Assembly: GCA_047495785.1 (NCBI GenBank)
Contig: JBLDXI010000002.1
Location: forward strand, 558,001 to 622,000
Source of the DNA: Lepidodermella squamata
Lineage: Eukaryota; Animalia; Gastrotricha
Direction of reading: 5' to 3'
Length of the DNA stretch: 64,000 nucleotides
Part shown: one piece after another, positions 39,289 through 51,256 of the stretch
Layout of the letters: each line of letters begins with the position of its first letter
Numbering within the stretch: the first letter of the stretch is position 1
Notes under the pieces: model-generated
What the model was told of the DNA's origin: nothing
Seen by the model: only the letters and a program-made list of their open reading frames with translations
The model's database searches: none
Translations under genes and position numbers: made by a program

Positions 39289-39804
39289 AGAGACTTATGT
39301 TGTTTTTAAGCCTGTTGTTGTTTATCATCGCTTGACATTTTAAACTGTTCAGTTCTTCAAGAAATTGTTTCAGTTTGACTACGGTTCTTTTATTCGACTG
39401 GGGCGTGGACAAAGATAATTTGTTGCGAGGCTTTTTGACATCTGAGAATTCGAAAACTGATAAGCAGATATTTTGAAAAGGCTGACGATGGCCTCTGTGA
39501 CATCGAAACGTCGCAACAAACTCTGTTTGTCTACTCCACTATTCTTCAAATGAAACAACCTGATATTTTTGTCATTGCTCAATTTAATTAGTTTTACATG
39601 CATTCATGATCTGTTTTAATCCTGTTTCACTTTAGACTTTTCCTTCACCGTCGTGAAATCTCACCCTTAATGTCCCGTCATTTTCAATTACTAATAATCG
39701 TTAGGATTTCTTAATTCCCTCTCGCTTAACAAGATTATCTCATTCATGGGATATCCTAGGATGCATGAGAAAACTTGAGCATCGCGTAACGAATTTTAAC
39801 ACGT

Positions 39805-39992
39805 CGTTAGCGTCGTTGAATAACTCGGATTTAGGCTTGTTTACAACCATTTAAATGTGATGGGTGACAAGTAAAAAGCGGTGTTGTTAACGTGAATGAA
39901 GAGGCCAAAACAAATGACTTTATTACTTGTCAGCTATCACCTTGAAATTGATGTAAACAAGCCTAAATCCGAGTTATTCAGCGACGCTAACG
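39805..39992. mobile_element. Palindromic MITE, family R2, copy 2
   Basis: Same TIRs as 13567-13752, flanked by ACGT on both sides. Confidence 0.8.
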
Positions 39993-40575
39993 ACGTGAGG
40001 TACGAGGTAAAGTTAATTCAGAAGTCAAGACAGCTCAAAATATTGATACACTGCGACATCAATCAAGCATCTGGACAGGTGACCCGGAAAGACAGTTGAT
40101 ATGAGCTCCCCTGATGACTTATTTCGTCGAGCTTCAAATGTACTGTAATGGGAGCTTCGAAGCCGCGGCGTCCTTTAGTACGTCTCATGAGATGGGCGAG
40201 GCGATACCTAGCAATTTTTCGAGCCTAACCCATGGACACTCTAAAATCGTCGAGTCGCAGCTGAATTTTAAGTTATTATATTTTCGTCTTTTTTTATTTT
40301 CATTTTCATTCTTCCTTTTGAGTTCAATGCACCTTCGAAATCTTGATTAAAGAAGTGACTTATTTACTCGATTTAAAATTCAAGTCGGATATGAGCAACA
40401 ATCAGGTTTTATTCATCAAAAATTGTCGTCATTGAAGATGATGGTGAAGGTCGAATGTTATAAGTTCTTTTTCAAATAACAAGAGCTAAAACCGACATGA
40501 AGCCTAATAATAGAAAATTGATGACGATTCACTATATGGATTTAAGCTTTGTTCGAGTATCAGACAAGAACTTGT

Positions 40576-43226
40576 CTAAAAAGCGGGTATAATTTCAAGG
40601 TCATCGCCCACAGTTTCACCGGACGTGTTCGGAATGACGACTTTTTCCGGCTTGATTTCGGGCGCAACATCGCCAACACCGACGAAAGTCCCGCTCTCCT
40701 CAACTTCAGGCTTTAGTGTTGTAGTAGTAGCAGCAGCAGCTGTGGTTTCCTCGGTAACTGAAGCAACGGTAGTAGAGCTTGCGGTTGTGGTCTCGTTTTC
40801 AACGACTGTAGTGACTGGTTTTTGAGTCGGCAGCGAGGCCCATGTTCGGTTGACGTAGATGCCGGCGCATTCAAACTCGCACTCTTCTTTCGACAAAAAC
40901 TGGTTCGGCACAACCGCACAGCCGCCGTAGTTGAAGAAGACGCACTTTTGCGTCTCAAAGTCGTAGTACCAACTAAAGAAAAGTTTGCAAAGAAAAGAAT
41001 ATGAAGGGAATAGGAAAAAAAAGAACTAAATAAAGGCCATAGTTTAAATTGACTGAAATTGATCAGATTTCATTTCTAAAAATCGATAGATCTGAATTTC
41101 TCGTACGGTCTTACAGTTCGAAAATTATCCATGTCTGAGATTTTACCAAGTTTACCAATTGGTTACCAATTTATCTACCAATCCAAGACAGAAAATTTGA
41201 AAGAAAACAAATTCAATTTCAATTAGATATTAGATCCGCATTTCATTCAAGACAATTTTGAAAATTGAGTGGAATCAAATTTTATTTTTCAAAAATATAG
41301 TCAAACAGTCAATTTTCAAATTAAAATTTTTTCATATTAAGCTTAAAATTTGAAATTGAAATCGAATTTGAAAATTGACTGTTTGACTATTTTTGAAATG
41401 TGAAATTTTTGAAATTCAAATTTTTTTAAATTGAAATTGAAATTTCAAATTTAAAAAAATTCAATTTTAATTCAAATTTCATTGAAGGCTCAAATGTTTC
41501 AAATTTTACACGGCACAAACAGCAAATTTAGAAAATGAAATATTTTTTTCAGCGAATTTAAATAATTTTGAAATTTCAATCTGGAAATTTATGAATAATA
41601 TATCAAAAGGAAACACTGTCCGAATTTAGCAGCCAAATTCCAAGTATCGATTTTTAAACTCCGGTACCCAAGTTTTGGCAGCCTATTCTCAGGACGCTGA
41701 AATTTAGGGCCTGACCTAAATGAGGTGAAATGTCAAGACCCTTACCGAGGGATAGAGGCTCTGCAATCGAGGATGTTAGCCTCCTCTGTGTAGCGGAACC
41801 CAAGGCACTTGCTCATGCAGTTCTTCTCATCCTCGCCATTCGGACAGGCATAGTAGCCGTTACAGCGTTCCGTTTCGTTATAGAAATGCGTCTCAGCTGT
41901 GCTATCGTTACGGTTGATTGAGCACGGAATCGTACCCTCCGGCTGCTTCGAAGCGTGGTCTTCCTCGCCGATATTCACCGCATCGCCAGTGTTCGCGTCG
42001 TAGTCCGAGTTGTTGATGCTGGAGGTCCGGTCGTCAGTTGTCATGTACTGGGCGCATTCGCGTTCGCACTCGAATTTTTTCATAAACATATTGCGCTTCT
42101 CCACGCAACCGCCGTAGATGAAAAATTCGCACTGCTTTGAATTAGGGTTGAATTGGTACCTGAAAAAATCAGAAAAATCAGAATATTAAACCATAAACGT
42201 TTTGCGCTATCAAGTAAGGCTCGAACATATGCCATTTTGAATTTGAAATTTGAAATTAAAATTTTGAAATTTTGAAAATTTGAAATTAAAAAAATAAAAA
42301 TATTATAAAAATTTTAAAATTCTAAAATCCGCTCTTGAGATGATAAAAAAATCAAAAAAAATCAATCTTATGAAAATCTTTTATTTACTCTTGAATTTGT
42401 TACTTATTGAAAAATTAAAAAAAAATTGGTGATTCACATTTGAAAATTTTACCTCAATTTCGACTGTTGGCAATCACGTTGATACATCTCCTGGCTGTAG
42501 ACAGGCTCGAGACACTTTTGCGGACACCCTGCTTCATCACGGCCGTTCGAGCACTTGTAAAGCCCGTTGCAGCGATCTATACAAATGGAAAAGAATTGCG
42601 AAGAATAAAAATTCAACAATTAAAAATTTCAAATAATTAAAAAAAACTTTTTTAAGCAAATTTTGCAAAAAACTGCAAAAATGTTCATGAGAATTGAAAA
42701 ATTTATAATTCTAAATTTTCGATTAATTGATCAACATTTCAAAAGTCTCTGATCTCTAAATTTTCAAATTTCATCTGCTTTATTTTTAGAAAATTATCTC
42801 ACGTTGTTGAGTGAAGCGCTGAAGCTTTTTCATCATTGGAAGACTAGCATGGAGATTAGGATAGCATGGGTAGCTGTTGCCAGCAGCGCCCTGTCCCTGA
42901 ACAGCGCTCCGATCCAGACCGTTCTGATTCTCGGACGAAAGTCGTCGCAACCACGCCATCTCATTGGCGAAGGTCCAGTACGGAATCAACGGATTGAACA
43001 GGTGGTTGAATGGTGCCCAGTGGAAGGGCGGCCAGTTATCGTCGTCATTAATCGCCGTTTCGACCTGAGCAGTCTTTTCGGCCGTTCGATCAGGCGCCAT
43101 GCGGTTTTGCGGAGATCGCGATGAATCATCATCGTTGCCCTCGAAAAAGTACCAACCAGCCGAGGCGAAGTTGGCCGTGAAACATAGGCTCAAAATAGCC
43201 GAAGCTACGAAAAACTTTGATATCAT
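40576..43226 (-). CDS. Secreted (LDLa-Kunitz) x2 protein, gene E. Exons 43226-42803, 42576-42453, 42159-41746, 40972-40576
   Basis: Signal peptide MISKFFVASAILSLCFTANFASA. Modules HRCNGLYKCSNGRDEAGC-Kunitz (P1 Q) and RCNGYYACPNGEDEKNC-Kunitz (P1 R). Thr-rich tail. Confidence 0.85.
41297..41390. repeat. Perfect 26-bp inverted repeat in an intron of gene E
   Basis: ATAGTCAAACAGTCAATTTTCAAATT / AATTTGAAAATTGACTGTTTGACTAT. Confidence 0.7.
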
Positions 43227-43676
43227 TGGTTGAAAATTAACAAAATTTGTGTGTTGTTTTCGAAATAGGAAATAAATTTTGAAAATGAGAGAGATGTAAA
43301 TGGCGTGTTGGCTACGTTGATTATGCAGTTAGGGTGACATTTGGCATGTTGACTAGCACGCGCCAAGCAGAGCATCTGTGAAGTTATTAACCCACCCAGC
43401 AAAATGAAGGGACGGAAGTCCAATAATTAATGCGTTTAGGCTACACGTGGTTTGTGCGAAAACAAAATTAATAATAAAAATTTTATGTAATTTAAAATTG
43501 GAAAATTTTTGAAAATTCTTCAAATTAATGACTAAAATTAACTAAAATTAATTCAAGGTTCGGGTTCAAGGTTTGTTTGAAATTTTAAGTTTCCAAAATA
43601 AATTCATTATTTCTTTATTCATCATGAGTCATCACGAATGCAAAGTGACGTTTCGAGCGTTTTCGTCGGAATATAT

Positions 43677-43749
43677 AGGTCAGGGTAATAATTAGGCTTG
43701 AAAGCGTGACCTAGGTCACTAAAAGGGTCACCTGCAATGCGATTGACCT
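43677..43749. promoter_or_regulatory. Cluster of five RGGTCA nuclear-receptor half-sites upstream of gene E
   Basis: AGGTCA 43677, TGACCT 43707 directly abutting AGGTCA 43713, GGGTCA 43725, TGACCT 43744. Confidence 0.35.
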
Positions 43750-43996
43750 AATTAGTTGCCGTTTTATGGCAAAAGCTGGCATTCCTTTCATTTGCACGTG
43801 TCGAACCCAACTGACTTAAAAGTGTTCGAAATTTCATAATAAGACGATATTTTCTTCGAAATTTCGGAAATAAAAAAAAAATCACGATCTCAAGGAAATT
43901 CGTTATTCGTTGTTTATTCGTTAAATCGACCAGAAAAATTGGTTATGAAATCATTGATAAGAACAAATTACAACAAAAATTGGTCTTTTTAAAGGC

Positions 43997-45756
43997 TCAA
44001 GGTTGCGTGTTATTCGCAGCAATGACCTGTTGAGTAGTCGTAGTCGTGACTTCTGATCCGGCAATTCCGATTGTCGTCGTTATTTCAATCTCGAGCGCCT
44101 TAATACCGGCAGTGGACGGGATTTTCATCACCTTGCACTCTTCCATGCATTCTTCGGCCGTTTTGAACTGATTCACGACATCGGCACAGCCGCCGTAGTG
44201 GAAAAATGCGCAATTGCCAGTTTCAGCGTGGAAATAATACCTGAAAAATCGGAAAATAATTTGAATTATTTTGATTTTTTAATTTGAAAAATTTGAATTT
44301 TTATTTCAAAAATAGCTGGTTAGTTTTTTTACCTGGGAATGGCAGATCGACAGTCTAACAAATCAGGCTGGTCCGGATACCGGAATCCCTTGCATTTATC
44401 CCGACAATTTTTCTCATCAGCTCCATTCTCACATTTGTACAAGCCATCGCATCGATCTAAAAATTGATTGGTCTACATTTGACTAGGAATTTCGAAAAAA
44501 TTGTTACCAGAATCGTTGTAGTACTGACGTTCTTTCGGGTCAACAACCGATTCGTCGCACAGATATTTTCCCAAAATAGGCGCTGCCTGATTCGACCCGA
44601 TTGACTCGAATGTGTCATCAGATTCCAAGGTGTAGTCACCCTTGAGAATTTCCACCCCACCAACAGCCGACCTTAGGGCAAGGTTGTCCGGTAGGCACTC
44701 GAGTTCGCACTCTGATTTCGTCAGGAACTGATTTTCTTGCAAAGTACAGCCGCCGTAGACGTAAAATTCGCATTTGTTCGATTTCAGGTCGTATTGCCAG
44801 CGAGACAGCGACCACTTGCAGCCGTTTATGTAGCCCTTCTCCGTATATTTAGGGGCGATGCATTTACTAGGGCAGCCACTTTCGTCACGGCTGTTCGAGC
44901 AGTAGTAGTCACCATTGCACCGATCTAAAAAATAATTTTTTTTTCAAATTAATTTAAAATTAAGGCGGATTTTTTTATTTTTGTTTCAATGCAAAAATTG
45001 GTGAACTGCAACCTATTTCAAAGGTTAAAATTAAGCTGTTGCTCTTCAAAATCTGAAATTTTAACCAATGATGGGCAAGGTTATTCCTGATTTTTCTGAA
45101 ATTTTTGGGAAATTTCCTATGCTCATATTATTTTGACAATTTAAAGCGTGTTTGACTAGCAATTAAGGTAGGTCATTTTATGCGCGTATTTGCATATTCA
45201 TCACCTCATTAATTTTATGACTTGACCTTGAAAAATTGGGTCAATTTTACATAAAAATAAAGGAAAAGCATTGACCGGTTTTTAACTCCAGATAATGAAT
45301 TTCCTCCCAGTCCAATATTACCAGATTTTTTATACCTATCAACTTCAAAATTTAATTAGTAAAATTGCATTCCATTAACTAACCAGACTCGGAGAAAATT
45401 TCCTGTAGGCCTCCAGTTTGTTGCTGTTGAGGATAACACGGCCAAGTTCGCACTCGCATGACTCCATTATTGGTGCCAGCAACACCTGAAATGCCAGCCT
45501 TGTTGATCATACCAAACGGGTTCCCGAATCCACCAGCAGCGGCAGCATTATTGCCCCAGGGTTGCTGTGGGGCAGCTCCAGCTTGTTGTAAATTGTTGTA
45601 GCCAAAATTGTTACGATTATAACCCATATTATCAGCATTGGCTTGCCAATAATTCGATAGCTGACGGCGGTGAATTGATTTTTCTTCGCAATTGACGCTG
45701 GACACCAGTAGGGTGACCACAACGAACAATTCTATAATTCGAATTCCCCTAACCAT
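43997..45756 (-). CDS. Secreted (LDLa-Kunitz) x2 protein, gene F, with an N/Q/G-rich N-terminus. Exons 45756-45384, 44924-44508, 44456-44333, 44240-43997
   Basis: Signal peptide; DRCNGDYYCSNSRDESGC-Kunitz (CKWSLSRWQYD); DRCDGLYKCENGADEKNC-Kunitz (CRSAIPRYYF). Confidence 0.85.
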
Positions 45757-46358
45757 TTTTGATGCTAAAAAGAAGAAAAATAGCTTTTAGGGAAGTTCTT
45801 GGGTGAAATTTTGGCTGATGTTACGTTGTTATTTTGAAATTCTGCGCCAGCTTAATTTGCCTAGGACTAACAAATCTTCACGAAATGCTTCGATGATGAC
45901 ACAAAATGGCGCAATTTTCCTTATTGCAAGAAACCTAGAAGCCTAATAGAAAATACAAAAATATGCGTTCACTAATTTTTGAAATTTCACCCAAAAGATT
46001 CCTGATTTTTCCGATAATTCTTGGAATTTTCTCCGTTTTTGCCTGATTTTCGGCAATTTAAAACGTATTTGTAGCTCAAATTGGAAAATAAATGGAAGAC
46101 GCTAACTGCTCGACCTTTTAGGATTTGGGTCGAACTTTAAAGGTGGGCCAGTTTATACAAAACAGATAATTTAAATATTCATGCAGAATTATGAAAGCAA
46201 CATATTACGATCAACTTTATTTTACATTCAACATTCAATACCTTTTCCATCTTCAACTATTTTCGATATATTCAGGAAAGTTCTCCGGGTTCACAGGGTA
46301 TGAATTTGTTAAATTTGAAAATCGTAGCTATTCAATTGAAGCTTCAAACTAAGTAAAG

Positions 46359-49300
46359 TCAAAAGATTCGTCTGAAAATATGCGGCGACCGGAAAATCTT
46401 AGTTTTATGCTTGTTCGACGCGTATTTCTCGCCCCGCCACGCCAGCCAAGCATTCGCGATAGGCACCTGAGTGCCAGCTCGAAACGCCGCATCAAACACA
46501 TCCTCGCCGTCATGATTCGTCACATTCATCTTCGCCCCATTGTCCAACAACCATCGAAAAACCATCGCATTGCCATTGCCAGCCGAAGCCATGAGTGGCG
46601 TGTTGCCTTTCGAATCCGCAAAGTTCAAATCCATACCTTTCCCCTTCAAAAACTTCAATTCGTCCAACCTCCCGTTACCAGCAGCGAAGATTACAGCATT
46701 TTCGCCATTGCTGTTCACGACATTCATATCAGCCCCGTTTTCCAATAGAAACTTCGAACAGTTCAAATTGCCTTGGGCAGCCGAAATGATGAAAGGCGCA
46801 TTTGCCCCAGTAACGCCGTTGACTTTCATTCCTTTGTCGAGTAACAGCTTCGAAATCGAAAAATGGCCCTCTCCACAGGACATAGTCAACGCATTTTGGC
46901 CATCAATCAACGAGCTATCAATACTGGCTCCTTTTTCAAGCAGAAAATTCGTGAGATCTGAGTTGCCCTTACGACTCGCGACCATCAAAGCTGTGACATT
47001 GCGGCGATCTGCGACGTTTGGATCAGCTTTCCGTTCGAAAAGAGCCCTGACAAAATCCATGCGGTTAGTTTCCACAGCCAGCATCAACACAGTCCCGCCG
47101 TCCTTAGTTACAGGGCCGTCGATCGGAGCCCCGTGATCGAGCAATAGTTCCATAATTTTCAGATTCTGAGCGATCCCGCAAGCTAGGCTAAGCGGGGCCT
47201 CGCCAAATTTGTTGGTAGCATTAGGACTGGCGCCTTTTTCCAGCAGAATTTTCACTAATTGGGTCGAGTTTTGATAGACAGCGGTTATGAGAGGATTCCG
47301 GCCGTAGAAATCCCCAGCGTCTACATCAGCCTTGTTTTCCAGCAATAAGTTGACGATGTAGGTATTGTTGTTTGAATTCACGGCTTCAAGAAGTGGTGTT
47401 ATCATCCATTTAGCTCTTGCGTTCACATTCGCGCCTGATTGGATTAACAGACGTAGAATGTCCGATCTTTGCCTTTTTACAGCTATGTAAAGAGCTGTCT
47501 CTTCGTTTTTATCTCTAGCCTCAAGATTCGCGCCGTGGTCAATGAGAAATTTTACGATATCCAAGTTTCCGAGTTCAACTGCATTTAACAGTGGGGTTTC
47601 GCCATCCTTGTCCGAGAATTCGACGTTGATTGAGCCGGATTGCAATAAATCCTCAAGGGTTTGAGAGTCTCCGTTAATCGTAGCATTGAGAAGCCTGGCA
47701 TGCCTTCCAGCAACCTGTAAAAGGGCAAAAAATACTTAAATTCTATGGAAAAACCCAAAGTTGGATCCGCTAAAAGAAAAATCCCTGAAATCACACAAGA
47801 ACCCCAATATATCACAGGAAACAATGAGTCTCTCAGTACATTTTTCAAATTTTTCAGTTCGAACTTTCGAAACTCACCCTTCTGGAGCTTTCGAGCTCGT
47901 CTGATATGCTGCTGTTCAACTCAATCAATCCATCAATGATTTCCAAGATATCGCTGGTATTCGCGAGCTTCTCCACCTGATCCAACTTTGCCCCATTCGC
48001 CAGCAACTCCGAAGCCACTAAGCCCATCTGCTTCTCCACTAGGAAAAAAGTATAGCTAATTAGCTATTTCCATTTAGCCAAGGCTAGCTAAAAAACCTAG
48101 GCTATGCCTCAGCTTATTATCAGCTAAAAAGCTATAGCTAAATAACTATCGATAGACTGCGACTGGAAGCATGCGGCGTAATAAAGTTACACAACAATGG
48201 CTGTGACCCTTTCTGATTACTACTCGAAGCTGCATTCCATTCGTTTTTCATCCATACACACAGAAGCAAAAAATAGTTTTTTTCACCACTTAGTTCTCAA
48301 AATGCTACGACTCCAGCAGCGCGGCAGGCCACAAGCAGTTTTTAATGGAATAATTTCAAAATGAGTTTGCGCCATGTAAGTAGTGCCAACGACTCACCTA
48401 GTAATTACTTTTATCAATCGCCTTTTTCTATTTTCTCAAAAATTTGGGAAAAATCAGAATAATTGCCTCCAGCCAGCACGAGCTTTATGATCTTGCCTAA
48501 ATAACTAACTAACGCAGCGCGAAAAATAACAATTCAATTAATCGACTAACCTGAGGAGGCTCGTGTTAGTTAGAGGTTTCATTATTCAATACGTATTCCA
48601 TTATTTCATTTTATAATTCACGAATTTTGTTTAAGAATTTTTAATTGTAATTTTATTAATTTTGTATAAATTGCAGGTCATGCATTTAGCGGTGAACGCT
48701 CGGAAAATGCATCGGACGTAATTTACAGGTAAGAAGCTATTTTGAATTTAATCGATTAGCTTCCTTTCACGCAATTTTTTTATTTTTTTCAGGAGAATTC
48801 TGGTTACCTCAGTTGATGATCAAGACCATCGGTGTGCAATCCGTCATTGCTGGGTAAGAAGTAAGGATACCTGTATTTTTTGCTGAAATAAAATTTCAAT
48901 CTCGAAATTGTTAAAAATTCATACAATTAATTTTCAGTGATTCGTTCATTTTTCCTGTTTTCGGACGTCAACCCCGAGCTATTAGCATCTGGGCAACTAT
49001 TTGAAATAATGGTAGTCACTCCTTTATTTTCTAGAAAATCAGATATTTTTTCATGCTGAAAATGTTTCATTGAACTTGATTGAATTGAATTGAATTTATT
49101 TGAAATTTTTCAAATTTTTAGGCAGGCTAAGCATGAATTTTCTAGAATTATTGTGGCCAATCTTGACCTGCAAGAAATGTCCATAAAGCGATTTCAGGCT
49201 ACTAGAAAATTCAAAAATTTGGTTCCGCTAACAGCAAATTTGGTTCCGCTGACATGAGGACCAAAAATAAAGCAATGTGAAATAATTTATAAAATATACA

Positions 49301-51048
49301 AATTTCTCAAAATTAAACCTGAAACTTGACTTTTTTGAAAATTTGAAATTTTTGAAAAAATTTGAAAAATTCTAGTGTTAAAAAAATTACCGAAAGTTAC
49401 TGAAATAACAAAATGCGATGTAATAAAATTGTTGGCACTTGGTGAAGCACCACCTGTAATTTCAAGTGACAAAATAAAAATTTTAAAATTTCAAAATTAA
49501 ATCAGAAAATTGAAAAAATTGTAATCCAATTCTTTTAGCGATTAACTCCTAAATATCTGAAAATCAATTTTAAATTTTTCGGAAAATTTTTCATGAAATT
49601 TAAGAAGGGTGTCCTAACTCGTTCTCTTTATTCTTCAGATTGCACGCGACCTTTAAGTTCGAGAGGACATTCTACGCTGAAAGCATGGCCGTTCTCCTCA
49701 ACGCAAGCATCGACTGGCTCACCGAGCCGAAGTTCGCCCTAAATTGTTCAATTCGGGAAATATCTAGCAGCGAAATGGAACTTTTTTAAATAAATATTAC
49801 AATTACTACTTCATATTCGAAAAAAATCGGTCTCATTCGAGGTCAAGTATTCTCATACTGTGAATTATCTTTCGAAAAATTCGAAGACATTTTTCGCCGT
49901 GATGAAATGTGCTGGCAAATATTTTGTTATTTGTGATTCAGTCTCGACTGTTCTCGTTTTTTACCTGTTGAATACTTTTATAAAAATTGTTTTGAAATAA
50001 AAATGACGAAGACGCTGAAATTTCATGTTTTATGAATTGAAATTGAATAAGAATATGGGGGAAAGGGGTAGGGGGCTGGGTGCGATTCTAGCTAATAAAC
50101 CATGAGCTTATTAACTTTCAGGCCAAAAAGAGACATCGCGCAATGTGCAACAGCTGTGATAAACAAGAATTCCATGCCGACCCACCACTCGCTCGGAGCC
50201 TAGCTATTTAGCCATTCATGGGTTATTAGCTTCCCTGAATTTAGCTGAAATAGCTAATTAGGGGGACATAGGAGGGGTTATTAGCACTCTTGGTCCTTGG
50301 GTTTATTAGCTAGCTAATAAACTATACTTTTTTCCTAGTGTCAACTGCGACCATCAGAGGGGTGTAGCCTCTGGAATCAGTAGCCTCAAGATCTGCCCCG
50401 TGTTTGATTAGGCTCCAAACAGATTCCAGACTTCCAGCCTCGGCCGCGAGGAATAATGGCTTGTCCTCATTAGGATCAGCCCCAGCCTCTAGCAGCAAGT
50501 TAACCAGATCGATGAAACCGAATTTCGACGCGAAAAATAGAGCTGTGTGATTTTCGTGGTTTTTCGCATTGATATCAGTGTCAGTGAGCAGTAGAAGCAG
50601 CTTAACTCGGTGCTTGTACCGATAGAAAACCGATTCGATAAGTCGCTCGCCTAAACGCTGAGCTGTCACGTTAACAACAATGCCTTCTCTGCCTAGGATT
50701 TGCCTGATGCAAGAATTGGCCGAGTCGTTACAGTTGCGGAGGTATCGAATCCACGGTTGATCGTTAGGCTCCAATGTCTCAGCGCCATTTTCTACCAGAA
50801 ATTTTACAACATCAGGCTTTCGATGCCGAATTGCAAGCTCCAGGACTGACGTAGCATTTTTGGTACCCGGGGACGCTAAAAATTGTTTCAGGGCAGAGAA
50901 ATCTTCCTCTACAACAGCTCTCAATGCATCATCTAAATTGAAAAATCTCAGTGTTGATGAACATTTTGAAAGTTTCCTGCTTACCGGAGGAACTGGCCGA
51001 AATTAGGCCGAAGAGTATAATAAATATGGCTTGAGGATTTATCAGCAT
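46359..51048 (-). CDS. Signal peptide + long ankyrin-repeat protein (~722 aa before insertion), interrupted by a CACTA element. Exons 51048-50985, 50932-[TE 50340-48037]-47878, 47714-46359
   Basis: Leader MLINPQAIFIILFGLISASS; more than 15 ANK repeats. Removing the TE and one TC copy restores GYTPLMVAVEKQMGLVASELLANGAKLD in frame. As written, the TIR supplies a TAG stop at 50322. Confidence 0.8.
48037..50340. mobile_element. Non-autonomous CACTA (CMC superfamily) element, 2,304 bp
   Basis: Perfect 19-bp TIR CACTAGGAAAAAAGTATAG, 2-bp TSD TC, and subterminal TAGCTA repeats at both ends. Confidence 0.92.
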
Positions 51049-51256
51049 TGTAAGAAATATGACCAGTACACCCTTGCTAGTGTCTAGCTGAACAATTATA
51101 GCCGGCACAGACTATTGTGTAATTAACGCTGCTTGTTTGCCGTTTCGCCCTATGCCACTTAATTATGCTGAGTTCAGTTTTGCAGAAAGGCTGGAGTAGT
51201 AAATAAATAAATTTGACAACTGAGAGAAAAATACGTCATACACCATATATAGCCTA

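Noticed and set aside
46359-47714. Bacterial contamination or latrotoxin identity for the ankyrin ORFs
   Set aside because: Spliceosomal introns and eukaryotic neighbours argue against contamination. There is no large N-terminal latrotoxin domain, so only an analogy is claimed.
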